Shown here: positions 9,053 to 18,015 of the stretch, piece by piece
Layout: the number at the start of each line of letters is the position of its first letter
Numbering within the stretch: the first letter of the stretch is position 1
Source of the DNA: Rubeoparvulum massiliense
GTDB lineage: Bacteria > Bacillota > Bacilli > Rubeoparvulales > Rubeoparvulaceae
DNA: 32,000 bases
Reading direction: 5' to 3'
Assembly (NCBI RefSeq): GCF_001049895.1
Contig: NZ_CVPE01000006.1
Location: forward strand, 374,957 to 406,956
The notes under the pieces: model-generated
Databases searched by the model: none
The model's input: the letters and a program-made list of their open reading frames with translations, nothing else
Told to the model about the DNA's origin: nothing
Made by a program: the position numbers and the translations under genes

Positions 9053-10288
9053 TTAAGATAACTCCAAAGACTTTTTATAACCAACTCGACCCTTTTCAAG
9101 GAAAATGAACAAACCACCTAGAAAAATCTCGATGCTCCCTCCTACGATGATAACCAGACGTGGTGACCATAGATCTGCCAAGATACTTGCAGTTGCATAA
9201 CCTAAAGGCAAGAGCACGAATGAAGCGATCATATCGAGACTAAAGATTCGTCCAAGATAATCTAAAGAAACCCTCGTCTGAATAAGTGTTTGCTTTAATG
9301 TGAAGGTGCACGCCCCTAAGCCCACAAAGAAGCCTCCCAGGACAAATAAGTACAATGGCTGAGAAAGCCCCATGAGTAATGCACCTAAGCCAAAGCTGAT
9401 AGATAAGGAAAAAATGAATTTCATGGATATTTTTCTCGCTGGTATGCGAAGAATTGCAGAATTTGAAAGAACCGTGCCAATCCCTTGCATGGCCATCACA
9501 CCGCCGATTATGGCTGGAGATAATTCCTCCATTCCAACGATGACAGGTATTAAGATTGTAATTGGTCCTAAAACCAGTACATTGATGGCAGAAGAAATAA
9601 GGAATAAATCCCGTAACCATGGTGTTTGAAAAGCTAATCGTAACCCGTTCATCACATCAGATAAGAGCTTCTTCTCTTGATGTTTTCTTCTAGTTTGGGT
9701 AACACGTATCGGTGTAAAGATCATCGCCACGACTGCAATCCAAAATGAAAGCGCATTGAAGAGAAATGCGCCCATTGCGCCCAACCAGGTTAGTAAACCT
9801 GCTCCGATTGAAGGACCGATCACCCTTGTAATACTATTGGTTATACTGATTAATCCATTGGCTGCTGTGATGTCATGTTCATGAAGTGCCTCTGGTATAA
9901 TGGCCCGATAAGCTGGTAAATGGAAAGCACTCACGATACCTAACACAATACTAATGAGATACATCATCTCAATGGATAACTGCTCCACCATCAAAGCAAC
10001 AACAAGTAGCATTGTTACAAGTCCTGCGATGATATCGGTTATCAGAATAATGTTTTTCCGTGAGAATCGATCAACTACCGCCCCACCAAACACTAGTGTA
10101 AGCAATTGTGCGATAGTGAAACAGCTCAAGACTGTACCCACACTGAGTGGCGAACCGGTGATGAGATAGACGGTATATCCTAGAGCTACATCATAGACCA
10201 GATTTCCTAGCCTTGATACGGTTTGCCCTAACCAAAGCAGGATGAATGCACGATTATGGATGATTGATTGATTTTTCTGTTTTCGCAT
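9053..10288 (-). CDS. MFS transporter (DHA3/MFS_3-like efflux type)
   Basis: 411 aa, about 12 TM. N-terminus NRAFILLWLGQTVSRLGN and the loop motif VVDRFSRK are typical of this MFS subfamily. Confidence 0.88.
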   Translation of the reverse strand: MRKQKNQSIIHNRAFILLWLGQTVSRLGNLVYDVALGYTVYLITGSPLSVGTVLSCFTIAQLLTLVFGGAVVDRFSRKNIILITDIIAGLVTMLLVVALMVEQLSIEMMYLISIVLGIVSAFHLPAYRAIIPEALHEHDITAANGLISITNSITRVIGPSIGAGLLTWLGAMGAFLFNALSFWIAVVAMIFTPIRVTQTRRKHQEKKLLSDVMNGLRLAFQTPWLRDLFLISSAINVLVLGPITILIPVIVGMEELSPAIIGGVMAMQGIGTVLSNSAILRIPARKISMKFIFSLSISFGLGALLMGLSQPLYLFVLGGFFVGLGACTFTLKQTLIQTRVSLDYLGRIFSLDMIASFVLLPLGYATASILADLWSPRLVIIVGGSIEIFLGGLFIFLEKGRVGYKKSLELS

Positions 10289-10502
10289 AAAACACCTTCG
10301 TTACTTATGATCAATATATTTTTTAGAAAGAAATTGTGTAGTTTACATAATATTTTTATGGTAATCTTTGTTGTATCAGTAAGGATAGAAATTTCTGTTT
10401 ATTAATTCTCAAATTTTAATAAGTAGTCTGTTTAGTCTCTTACGCTTATTTAAATTTTACTGGTCCACCAAATTCCTCTATGACAACGGCTTTCATTTCG
10501 CA

Positions 10503-10724
10503 TCATTTCTTCTCAATCTCGCCATTATTCATTGTCTCAATTTTGTTTTGAGGTGCTGGGTAAAGCTTCAGATGTTTTAGAAGGATGTTAAGCTTATGAT
10601 TGATGGTTAATAACAATGCTAGTGCAAGTACTGGAGCAACATAAATTATCGCTACGCTAGAATCCGTGATACCTGATATTAAGACTGCGATGGCGATAAC
10701 AATAACCGCATATAAGAAGACCAT
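10503..10724 (-). CDS. hypothetical small membrane protein
   Basis: 73 aa with two hydrophobic helices and a charged tail. Strong SD AGAGGGAGTG 7 nt upstream. Confidence 0.5.
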   Translation of the reverse strand: MVFLYAVIVIAIAVLISGITDSSVAIIYVAPVLALALLLTINHKLNILLKHLKLYPAPQNKIETMNNGEIEKK

Positions 10725-10871
10725 AGGTTCATCACTCCCTCTTGTAACTATCTAAACATCAATAGAACATTCAGCTTATGATTGATCAAAAACATCAATC
10801 ACAATCAAATTCCATGTAATAACATCATAACATAAATACCATTTTATTCTATAATATATAGGTTTTACTCA

Positions 10872-11228
10872 TTATCGTTTATTTCCTGACTTAGACAAAT
10901 CTTCGTTCTCTAGCTCAGGCATCTGCGCTGCATATATGATCAATAATTCTTTATAAAGCTCTGTTGGATGCTCCATTACCCTTCTTCTCAATTGGCCTGG
11001 CGATATTAAATACGCAATAATCATTACCAATTGAATCACTGTAAGTATGGCTAATATGCTTGGTGTAAGCTTGTCCGCTAAGAAGAACACCAGCTGCGAA
11101 AGAAATGCGATAAATAGGATAAGAAGATAATTTTGCCGTTTTCGATTTAGTAAGAGATGGTATATGATCATCTCCATTAACTCCTCCTTTTGAGTTAGTA
11201 GCATTGTAAGATTTTCCTTCTTCACCAT
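10872..11228 (-). CDS. hypothetical membrane protein
   Basis: 118 aa with two central TM helices. SD AGGAGG just upstream of the ATG. Confidence 0.5.
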   Translation of the reverse strand: MVKKENLTMLLTQKEELMEMIIYHLLLNRKRQNYLLILFIAFLSQLVFFLADKLTPSILAILTVIQLVMIIAYLISPGQLRRRVMEHPTELYKELLIIYAAQMPELENEDLSKSGNKR

Positions 11229-11351
11229 TACTCCTCCTATTCCATCGACGCATTATTATCATTAAGAACATCCTTCTAGAAGTTGACGTTTTTCATATTA
11301 AGACGCATGCTTAAGCTAGTGCCTATCATGATTAGCAAGGGGGAATCACCA

Positions 11352-11624
11352 ATGAAAAAAGTAGTGAGCACTAACATCTTGCTTTTCTTAGCCATTATCG
11401 GTTCTAAGTTATGGTACTTCATGGAGTTAAGAAAATGGAGTAACATTTTCTCTGAACATGGGGGTGGTAAGGTAGAATCCGTACTGAATCATCTCTATCT
11501 TTACCAGCATGAGGACGTGATAATTGCTGTTACTGATTATACTATCTATATCATTATTCTAGGACTTCTTATCAATCTACTCTTTCTCTTTCAGGCAAGT
11601 AAAAAAGCAACAGGAGCCATCTAG
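11352..11624 (+). CDS. hypothetical small membrane protein
   Basis: ORF 11283..11624. The ATG at 11352 (MKKVVSTNILLFLAIIG...) follows AAGGGGGAA. Two TM segments. Confidence 0.5.
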   Translation: MKKVVSTNILLFLAIIGSKLWYFMELRKWSNIFSEHGGGKVESVLNHLYLYQHEDVIIAVTDYTIYIIILGLLINLLFLFQASKKATGAI

Positions 11625-11640
11625 GTTCCTGTTGCTTCTC
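11604..11640. terminator. bidirectional hairpin terminator between convergent genes
   Basis: aaaaaa-gcaacagga-gccatctag-gttcctgttgc-ttctctt. It has an A-run on one side and a T-rich tract on the other. Confidence 0.6.
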
Positions 11641-11670
11641 TTATATCTATAAAGTATTCAACAAGCAGGA

Positions 11671-12939
11671 TTAGTATTCCGCTGATTGAGGTATGGAATG
11701 CTCCTCCTCCCCTGCCATCTGCTTATCATAGAGATTAAACATGATTGCATAAAGCAATGCACCGATGATCCCCGTTACAAAAAAGCTAGTAAACATCCAG
11801 AACGGTGAGACAATCCCACTTAGGGTGAGGGATAATGGAGCAATCATTTGACCGATGGAAAACTGAAGTGATGATGCTCCGAGATATTGCCCCCGTTGGT
11901 CTTCTGGAGAAATCTTCGTGATAAAGTTCTGTAAAACAGGTGTTCGCATCATCTCTGCGATGGTGAATATGGCAATACAGAATAAGAGATACCATGGATT
12001 CAGAGAAAATGCCATTAAGAAATAGCTAAAGCCAAAGAGTAACGCTGAAATGGTAAAAGCACGCTTATCAGACCAGTTTCGAATGGCGCGGGTTATCGCT
12101 ACGCTGAGGAGTACCACCATGATTCCATTGAGACTCACTAGCATCCCGTACAGCTGTGCTCCATCCACAGTGATGAGGTGATCCCGCAATCGCATCAAGG
12201 GAGCATCGTGCACTTGGTCATACACGTAGATGCTCAAATAAAAGTCCATCTGCAAAAATGTCTGATGGATTATCACACCAGCCATCACATAGAGAAAGAA
12301 CAGTTTATCTTTAAAGATAACCATAAAGTTCTTCAGTTGCCCTAAAGTGCTACTTTTCTTTGATTGTTCGATGGTATGGGCTGGTACTGTTTCATGAACA
12401 TATTTGTTTAACAGTATGAAAAATATAACTGCTGCAATAGCACATCCCAAGATGAGTTCCGTGCGATATGTAAAGAAGAGTACCGAACCGATCATCGGCC
12501 CTAGAACAACGCCGATGTTCCGATTCATATAAAATACTGCAAAGACATCACGGCGTTCATGAACAGGAACCAGGTCAGCCACCATGGCTAAGCTAGCAGG
12601 TTGATAAATAATACTAGCTACTGTAAGACAATTAAAGATAAGAAAATCGAGCCATGCGCTTGGCGAAAATGCGAAGATAAACATGGAAATGGCCTCAATA
12701 AAGATGGCGATTTGCATCATCCGCTTGCGGCCATACCGATCTGCCCAGGTGCCACCAAAGAGATTAGCAAGAATGCCCGCGATGGGTGGAATCACCATTA
12801 AGAATCCAGCAAGGGCCTCTCCAAACTCTTCTTTAAAATAAATCGCCATAAACGGAACAAACATCCAAAACAACACATTCATTAACAGCTCGCCAAATAA
12901 GCGTACCTTCAAGTTAATATCCCATTCTAAGAGTTTCAT
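11671..12939 (-). CDS. MFS transporter (DHA1-like), downstream copy of a tandem paralog pair
   Basis: ORF 11671..12954. By alignment with its paralog (MKIREWDINLKVRL) the start is the ATG at 12939 (MKLLEWDINLKVRL), preceded by GAGGT. It has 12 TM and the GGTWADRYGRKRMM loop motif. Confidence 0.88.
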   Translation of the reverse strand: MKLLEWDINLKVRLFGELLMNVLFWMFVPFMAIYFKEEFGEALAGFLMVIPPIAGILANLFGGTWADRYGRKRMMQIAIFIEAISMFIFAFSPSAWLDFLIFNCLTVASIIYQPASLAMVADLVPVHERRDVFAVFYMNRNIGVVLGPMIGSVLFFTYRTELILGCAIAAVIFFILLNKYVHETVPAHTIEQSKKSSTLGQLKNFMVIFKDKLFFLYVMAGVIIHQTFLQMDFYLSIYVYDQVHDAPLMRLRDHLITVDGAQLYGMLVSLNGIMVVLLSVAITRAIRNWSDKRAFTISALLFGFSYFLMAFSLNPWYLLFCIAIFTIAEMMRTPVLQNFITKISPEDQRGQYLGASSLQFSIGQMIAPLSLTLSGIVSPFWMFTSFFVTGIIGALLYAIMFNLYDKQMAGEEEHSIPQSAEY

Positions 12940-12977
12940 ATATTTTAACCTCAACTGTTGGACTTATCTATTTGCTC

Positions 12978-13007
12978 AAAGGAAAAGAACAGGTTAGCGA
13001 CCTGTTC
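12978..13007 (-). terminator. hairpin terminator between the two MFS paralogs
   Basis: Minus strand: gaacaggt-cgcta-acctgttc followed by TTTTCCTTT, 16 nt after the stop of the upstream paralog. Confidence 0.55.
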
Positions 13008-13022
13008 AAACACCAAAGGGTT

Positions 13023-14267
13023 TTAAATAGCCCGTTCTCCCTCCACTCTGACATCATGGAGATCAAACATCCGTGCATAGAGTATTGAGCTGATAATCCC
13101 CAGTACGAAGAACAGCGTGAACATTCCAAATGGCGAGATAAATTCTGCGAGCGTAATGGCTAATGGTGCAATAGCACGCCCAATGGAAAATTGTAACGAT
13201 GATGCACCGAGATACTGTCCCCGCTGGTCCTCTGGTGAGATCTTTGTAATAAAGTTTTGCATAACAGGAGTTCGGATCAACTCTGCCAGCGTAAAGACCA
13301 CCATACAGAACAAGAGATACCAAGGATTAATAGAGAAAGCCATCATAAAGAAGCTAAATCCAAAAAGAAAGGATGAGATCACCAACGCTTTCTTATCGCT
13401 CCAGCGCTGAATGGCACGGGTAACAGCAACAGTAAATAGCACCACCATCGCCCCATTGACAGCGATCATCCAGCCATATAACCCTTTGCCATCAATGGTG
13501 ATAAGATGATCTCCCCATTGGAGAAAGGGCTGCTGAACTACATGCTCATTGACGAAGATGGCCATGTAGAGGTCCATCTGCATGAAGATCTGCGAAATCG
13601 TAATCCCAGCAATAATATACATGAAGAAAAGCTTATCCTTAAATATTATCGCATAATCCTTTAACTGATCCGTGAGACTAGTATTTTCTAATTTATCCTT
13701 TGCATTGGCTGGCAGGGTTTCATGGACATACTTATTCAATACAAAGAGAAAGATCGTAGATAGAATAGCCGATCCTAAGATTAGCTCATGACGATAAGTA
13801 AAGAATAGGATGGAACCAATAATTGGCCCAAGTACAACACCAATATTGTTGGCCATATAGAAGACAGAGAAGACTGCCCGTCGTTCATGTACGGGCACCA
13901 GGTCCGCGACCATCGCCATGCTAGCAGGCTGATACAGCGTACCTACACTAGCCAGCAGCACAAAGATGACGAAATCAAGCCAGGGACTTGGTGAAATTGC
14001 AAAGATATAGAGACCAATCGCTTCGAGGACGACGGAAATCATCATCATCCGCTTCCGTCCAAAGCGATCTGCCCACGCACCACCATATAGGTTGGAAATC
14101 ACGCCTGCTACTGGAGGAAGGATCATTAACCAACCGGTTAGTGCCTTGCCAAACTCATCGGCAAAGTAGATGGCCATAAAAGGAAAGTACATCCAAAACA
14201 AAACATTCATTAACAGCTCGCCAATTAAACGAACCTTTAAATTAATATCCCATTCACGTATTTTCAT
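13023..14267 (-). CDS. MFS transporter (DHA1-like), upstream copy of a tandem paralog pair
   Basis: 414 aa. Shares long identical blocks with 11671..12939 (WDINLKVRL.GELLMNVLFWM, MVADLVPVHERR, NFITKISPEDQRGQYLGASSLQFSIG). Confidence 0.9.
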   Translation of the reverse strand: MKIREWDINLKVRLIGELLMNVLFWMYFPFMAIYFADEFGKALTGWLMILPPVAGVISNLYGGAWADRFGRKRMMMISVVLEAIGLYIFAISPSPWLDFVIFVLLASVGTLYQPASMAMVADLVPVHERRAVFSVFYMANNIGVVLGPIIGSILFFTYRHELILGSAILSTIFLFVLNKYVHETLPANAKDKLENTSLTDQLKDYAIIFKDKLFFMYIIAGITISQIFMQMDLYMAIFVNEHVVQQPFLQWGDHLITIDGKGLYGWMIAVNGAMVVLFTVAVTRAIQRWSDKKALVISSFLFGFSFFMMAFSINPWYLLFCMVVFTLAELIRTPVMQNFITKISPEDQRGQYLGASSLQFSIGRAIAPLAITLAEFISPFGMFTLFFVLGIISSILYARMFDLHDVRVEGERAI

Positions 14268-14302
14268 GTGTAGTCACCTCAACAGTTGAACAAGTCTTCT
14301 TG

Positions 14303-14344
14303 AAAAAATAAAAACGAACAGAAGTAAGGAAACTACCTGTTCGT
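14303..14344 (-). terminator. terminator or attenuator hairpin about 35 nt upstream of the first MFS start codon
   Basis: Minus strand: acgaacag-gtagtttccttacttc-ctgttcgt followed by TTTTTATTTTTT. Confidence 0.55.
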
Positions 14345-14770
14345 ATGGCATCATTGAATTATTTGTTCAACCTTATCGATCCCATTACCTAACGTTATCC
14401 TCTGTGTAACCAGACGTACTTAGTTGATATCGCTGTTTACATAGATGGAATCGGATAATAAGAAGCATCACAGGATAAATGGAAGTGATCCTAATCGGAT
14501 CAACATAAATACTCCCTTCCAAATTCCTGATGAGCAAGATGAACAACATGACGCTCGAACCTGTAGTTACCGAACATAGACGATCACCAAGATTAACCAA
14601 TATAACAACTAATTATTGATGCATGTATGAACATGTGAACTAGTTGTTCTTGGCTAAATCAATCAGTTCACGTTAGTTCGCACCCACCACGGTCTGAGCA
14701 ATTAACATGTGTCCATCTTCCTTTCTTCGTGACTCGAAATATTACAGTATGAAATTATTCTACATGATCC
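14345..14770 (-). promoter_or_regulatory. long ORF-poor, hairpin-rich leader of unknown class upstream of the MFS pair
   Basis: About 430 nt lie between the DUF896 terminator and the attenuator hairpin. There are several stems (GTGAACT/AGTTCAC, AACAACTA/TAGTTGTT, GATCC/GGATC) and a 12-codon uORF with a strong SD. No known riboswitch consensus recognised. Confidence 0.3.
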
Positions 14771-14831
14771 TAAAAAGATGCGCAAGCACTTTCAAGTAAA
14801 AATTACCGTCTTTTGAAAGATGCTTGCGCAT
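14771..14831 (-). terminator. rho-independent terminator after the DUF896 gene
   Basis: 18 bp stem (atgcgcaagcactttcaa / ttgaaag-a-tgcttgcgcat) followed on the minus strand by CTTTTTA. Confidence 0.7.
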
Positions 14832-14839
14832 AGATCACA

Positions 14840-15073
14840 TTATTGTAAAGGCTTTTTCTTACTTGTTGGCTTCCGTTCGTTCAACACGTTACCTTCATCA
14901 TCTACTTCCATAATGGTGATGGATTCCAGTTGTGAGCGAAAAGATTGACGGAGGGATTGTAAATATTCCTGGCGAAGCGTTTGTTGTTCACTTCGTTCTT
15001 CTGCTGTCAGCCCTTCGACCTTCGCTTTCCTGGCTAACTCATTGATGCGATTAATTTTATTGGCTGGTAACAA
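14840..15073 (-). CDS. UPF0291/DUF896 family protein (YnzC-like)
   Basis: 77 aa. INRINELARKAK...LTAEE..EQQTLRQEYL closely parallels B. subtilis YnzC as I recall it. Confidence 0.85.
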   Translation of the reverse strand: MLPANKINRINELARKAKVEGLTAEERSEQQTLRQEYLQSLRQSFRSQLESITIMEVDDEGNVLNERKPTSKKKPLQ

Positions 15074-15088
15074 GTGGTACCCTCCTAG

Positions 15089-17527
15089 TTAAATTACGAT
15101 ATTGATCAAACGATTCGGCACGACGATAAACTTACGAATCTCCTTGCCTTCTAATGCTTCCTGAACGGCTGCATCAGCTAAGGCTAAACGTTGTAATTCC
15201 TCTTCACTACTATCCTTCGCTACCGTTAAGCGTGCTTTGATCTTTCCTCTAATTTGTACCACCATTTCAACTTCTTGATCAACGGTCCATGCCTCATTAT
15301 AGGTAGGCCAAGGTACATAAGTAATGCTGCCTTCATGACCTAAACGGTCCCAAAGCTCCTCCGCAATATGAGGTACATAGGGAGCAAGCAATTGAGCAAA
15401 GTCACTCAACGCTTCCTGCGGGATGGTTGTTTGTTTATACGCTTCATTTACAAAGATCATCATTTGACTAATGGCAGTATTGAAACGGAAGTTCTCTGTA
15501 TCATGGGTGACCACTTTAATGGTCCGATGCCATACCTTACGGAAATCCTCATCTGGTGTCACATCAGACTGGATATTCTCATTGAGCATGCCTGTATCTT
15601 CGTTAATGTAGAGACGCCAAATCCGATTGAGGAAGCGGCGGATCCCTTCAACACCTTGTGTGCTCCAAGGTTTCGATGCTTCCAATGGTCCCATGAACAT
15701 TTCGTATAGACGGAGTGTGTCAGCGCCGTATTTTTCCACAATCTCATCAGGATTGATTACATTGCCTCGAGATTTACTCATCTTTTCATGGTTATCACCA
15801 AGAATCATCCCTTGATTGATCAGCTTTTGGAATGGCTCCTTCGTATCCACTACACCAATATCGTAGAGGAATTTATGCCAGAAGCGTGCATAGAGTAGGT
15901 GAAGCACTGCATGCTCAGCCCCGCCGATATAGAGATCCACAGGCAACCATTTCTGTTGCTTCTCTTTGGAACAGATCTCTTTCGTATTATGAGGGTCGAT
16001 ATACCGCAGATGATACCAGCTACTCCCTGCCCATTGTGGCATGGTATTGGTTTCTCTTCGTGCCTTCATGCCTGTCTCAGGATCAATGGTATTCACCCAG
16101 TCTGTGACAGCAGCCAGTGGTGATTCTCCTGTCCCAGAAGGCTTAATTTGTTCAACCTCTGGTAAGCGCAATGGCAATTGATCTTCCGGTACAGCCTTCG
16201 TGGTACCATCCTCTAAGTGCAAGATAGGAATGGGTTCACCCCAGTAGCGTTGGCGGCTAAAGAGCCAGTCGCGTAAACGGTAGCTTACCTTTCTTTCTCC
16301 CACATGATGCTCTTCTAACCAATCGATCATGGTACGGATCGCTTCTTCATTATTCATCCCATCGATGAATTGGGAGTTGATATGCACCCCATCGCCTGTA
16401 TAAGGTGCTTCTGTAACATCGCCACCTTCAATAACAGGTTGAATCGGTAGAGAGAACTTCGTGGCAAATTCCCAGTCACGATCATCATGAGCTGGCACAG
16501 CCATAATCGCACCTGTTCCATAGGTGATCAAGACATAATCGGCTACCCAGATCGGAATAGGTTGCTTGGTCACAGGATGGATGGCGTATGCACCAGTGAA
16601 GACACCTGTTTTATCCTTAGCTAAGTCAGTCCGTTCTAGATCACTCTTCTTCGCTGTTTCTGCTAAATAGGCTTCCACTGCATCCTTTTGCTCAGGCGTT
16701 GTGATTTCACGAACCAATGGATGCTCAGGGGCAATCACACAATAGGTAACACCAAATAAAGTATCGGGACGTGTGGTAAATACCTCGAGAACTTGGTCAT
16801 GACCGTCAATAGGGAACTTCACTTCAGTCCCTTCTGATTTACCGATCCAGTTACGTTGCATCTCTTTAATGTTTTCAGCCCAATCTAACTCTTCAAGATC
16901 CTCAAGTAATCGTTCTGCATATGCGGTAATCTTCAGCATCCATTGACGCATTGGCCTACGAATAACTGGATGTCCACCGCGCTCACTCTTCCCGTCAATT
17001 ACTTCTTCATTGGCCAATACAGTTCCTAATGCAGGGCACCAGTTTACCGGTACTTCTGCAATATAGGCTAAGCCTCGTTTGTATAATTGGAGAAAGATCC
17101 ATTGGGTCCATTTATAATACTCTGGATCAGTGGTGTTGATCTCACGATCCCAATCATAGGAGAAGCCGAGTGACTTGATTTGGCGTCGATAATTATTCGT
17201 ATTTTGCTTCGTGATTTCACGAGGATGAATCCCTGTTTTGAATGCATACTGCTCAGCAGGTAAGCCAAAGGCATCCCAGCCCATAGGATGGAGTACCTCA
17301 TATCCTCTTGTTCGCTTGTAACGTGAGATAATATCTGTTGCTGTATAACCTTCAGGATGTCCAACATGTAAGCCAGCTGCTGAAGGATAAGGAAACATAT
17401 CTAGTACATAAAATTTGGGTTTATCGGATTCATCATTGGTCTTAAATGTCCAATTTTCATCCCAATATTGTTGCCATCTCTGCTCAATGGCACGATGATC
17501 ATAGGTCTTGATTTGGTTCGTAGCCAT
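15089..17527 (-). CDS. leuS: leucine--tRNA ligase
   Basis: ORF 15089..17560. HVGH (HIGH) and KMSKS motifs are present. The likely start is the ATG at 17527 ([19 protein letters not shown]), preceded by AAGAGG. The upstream ATG at 17560 abuts the T-box terminator T-run. Confidence 0.97.
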   Translation of the reverse strand: MATNQIKTYDHRAIEQRWQQYWDENWTFKTNDESDKPKFYVLDMFPYPSAAGLHVGHPEGYTATDIISRYKRTRGYEVLHPMGWDAFGLPAEQYAFKTGIHPREITKQNTNNYRRQIKSLGFSYDWDREINTTDPEYYKWTQWIFLQLYKRGLAYIAEVPVNWCPALGTVLANEEVIDGKSERGGHPVIRRPMRQWMLKITAYAERLLEDLEELDWAENIKEMQRNWIGKSEGTEVKFPIDGHDQVLEVFTTRPDTLFGVTYCVIAPEHPLVREITTPEQKDAVEAYLAETAKKSDLERTDLAKDKTGVFTGAYAIHPVTKQPIPIWVADYVLITYGTGAIMAVPAHDDRDWEFATKFSLPIQPVIEGGDVTEAPYTGDGVHINSQFIDGMNNEEAIRTMIDWLEEHHVGERKVSYRLRDWLFSRQRYWGEPIPILHLEDGTTKAVPEDQLPLRLPEVEQIKPSGTGESPLAAVTDWVNTIDPETGMKARRETNTMPQWAGSSWYHLRYIDPHNTKEICSKEKQQKWLPVDLYIGGAEHAVLHLLYARFWHKFLYDIGVVDTKEPFQKLINQGMILGDNHEKMSKSRGNVINPDEIVEKYGADTLRLYEMFMGPLEASKPWSTQGVEGIRRFLNRIWRLYINEDTGMLNENIQSDVTPDEDFRKVWHRTIKVVTHDTENFRFNTAISQMMIFVNEAYKQTTIPQEALSDFAQLLAPYVPHIAEELWDRLGHEGSITYVPWPTYNEAWTVDQEVEMVVQIRGKIKARLTVAKDSSEEELQRLALADAAVQEALEGKEIRKFIVVPNRLINIVI

Positions 17528-17562
17528 TTTTTCATCAACCTCTTTTCGCGTTTTTTCCATTA

Positions 17563-17820
17563 AAAAAATCCCCCATCCCTACAAGAAACTTGTAAGGGAC
17601 GAGAGATTGACTTCCCGTGGTACCACCCTTGTTAATAACCAGATGAAAAGCTGGTTACTCACTTCATTACCTTAACGCGGTTAACGACCAGAGTTACTAA
17701 GCTTCGCTCTGATAGCTCCAAGGCGAGTTCTGCCATCTTCATGTTAACTTGCACCAACCGTTAACTCTCTAGAATGAAGAATCTGCATACTGCTCCTTTT
17801 CATGGCTTTACTATATTGAA
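17563..17820 (-). promoter_or_regulatory. T-box riboswitch leader (Leu, CUC specifier) controlling leuS
   Basis: Minus strand shows an AGAGAG bulge, a GGTGCAA distal loop, the specifier context GAA-CUC-G, the T-box sequence AAGGGTGGTACCACGGGAAG, and a terminator cccttacaag-tttc-ttgtaggg...gggga plus T7 immediately before leuS. Confidence 0.85.
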
Positions 17821-17824
17821 CTTA

Positions 17825-17853
17825 ATTATAGACAATTGAAGAATTGAAGTCAA
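17825..17853 (-). promoter_or_regulatory. sigma-A type promoter for the leuS T-box leader
   Basis: Minus strand: TTGACT, a 17 nt spacer, then TATAAT. Confidence 0.55.
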
Positions 17854-18015
17854 TATCTCCTCCTTAGTCTATCCACCTTTTCCTATCGAATTCGCCTAAG
17901 GGATATGATAGAATAAGGAAGTTGTATGTAGCTCAGTATATGATGGATACACTTATCTTGATAAGTGGTTTTGTATATTCTGTTTGGTAAAATTACTAGA
18001 AAGGAGGGTATTCAT

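Noticed and set aside
8800-9108. 102-aa plus-strand ORF in the putB-MFS gap
   Set aside because: It has a TTG start without an SD, AT-driven low-complexity sequence, and its end overlaps the 3' end of the MFS gene on the other strand.
9240-10169. Alternative-frame and antisense ORFs inside the MFS gene (9240..9620, 9372..9629, 9954..10169)
   Set aside because: They are shadow ORFs of a clear 12-TM transporter gene.
10951-11271. 106-aa ORF overlapping the 118-aa membrane protein gene in another frame
   Set aside because: The 10872..11228 frame has an AGGAGG SD and clear TM helices. This frame has neither.
14553-14561. GGTTCGAGC on the minus strand resembling a tRNA T-loop
   Set aside because: No complementary T-stem, acceptor or anticodon arms flank it, so it is not a tRNA.
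14385-14600. 71-aa minus-strand ORF inside the MFS leader
   Set aside because: It has a TTG start, no SD and an implausible composition. The region is better explained as structured non-coding leader.
14679-14690. GTGGTGGGTGCG on the minus strand, superficially like a T-box core (GGGTGGTACCGCG), suggesting a second T-box
   Set aside because: It does not fit the T-box consensus. There is no AGAGA/GNUGNRA/specifier arrangement upstream, and the terminator is about 350 nt away.
15368-17367. Several 60-113 aa ORFs inside or antisense to leuS (15368..15709, 15559..15747, 15627..15815, 15832..16107, 15899..16123, 17068..17367)
   Set aside because: They are embedded in a strongly conserved 812-aa gene, have no ribosome-binding sites and show non-protein-like composition. 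These are ordinary shadow ORFs.
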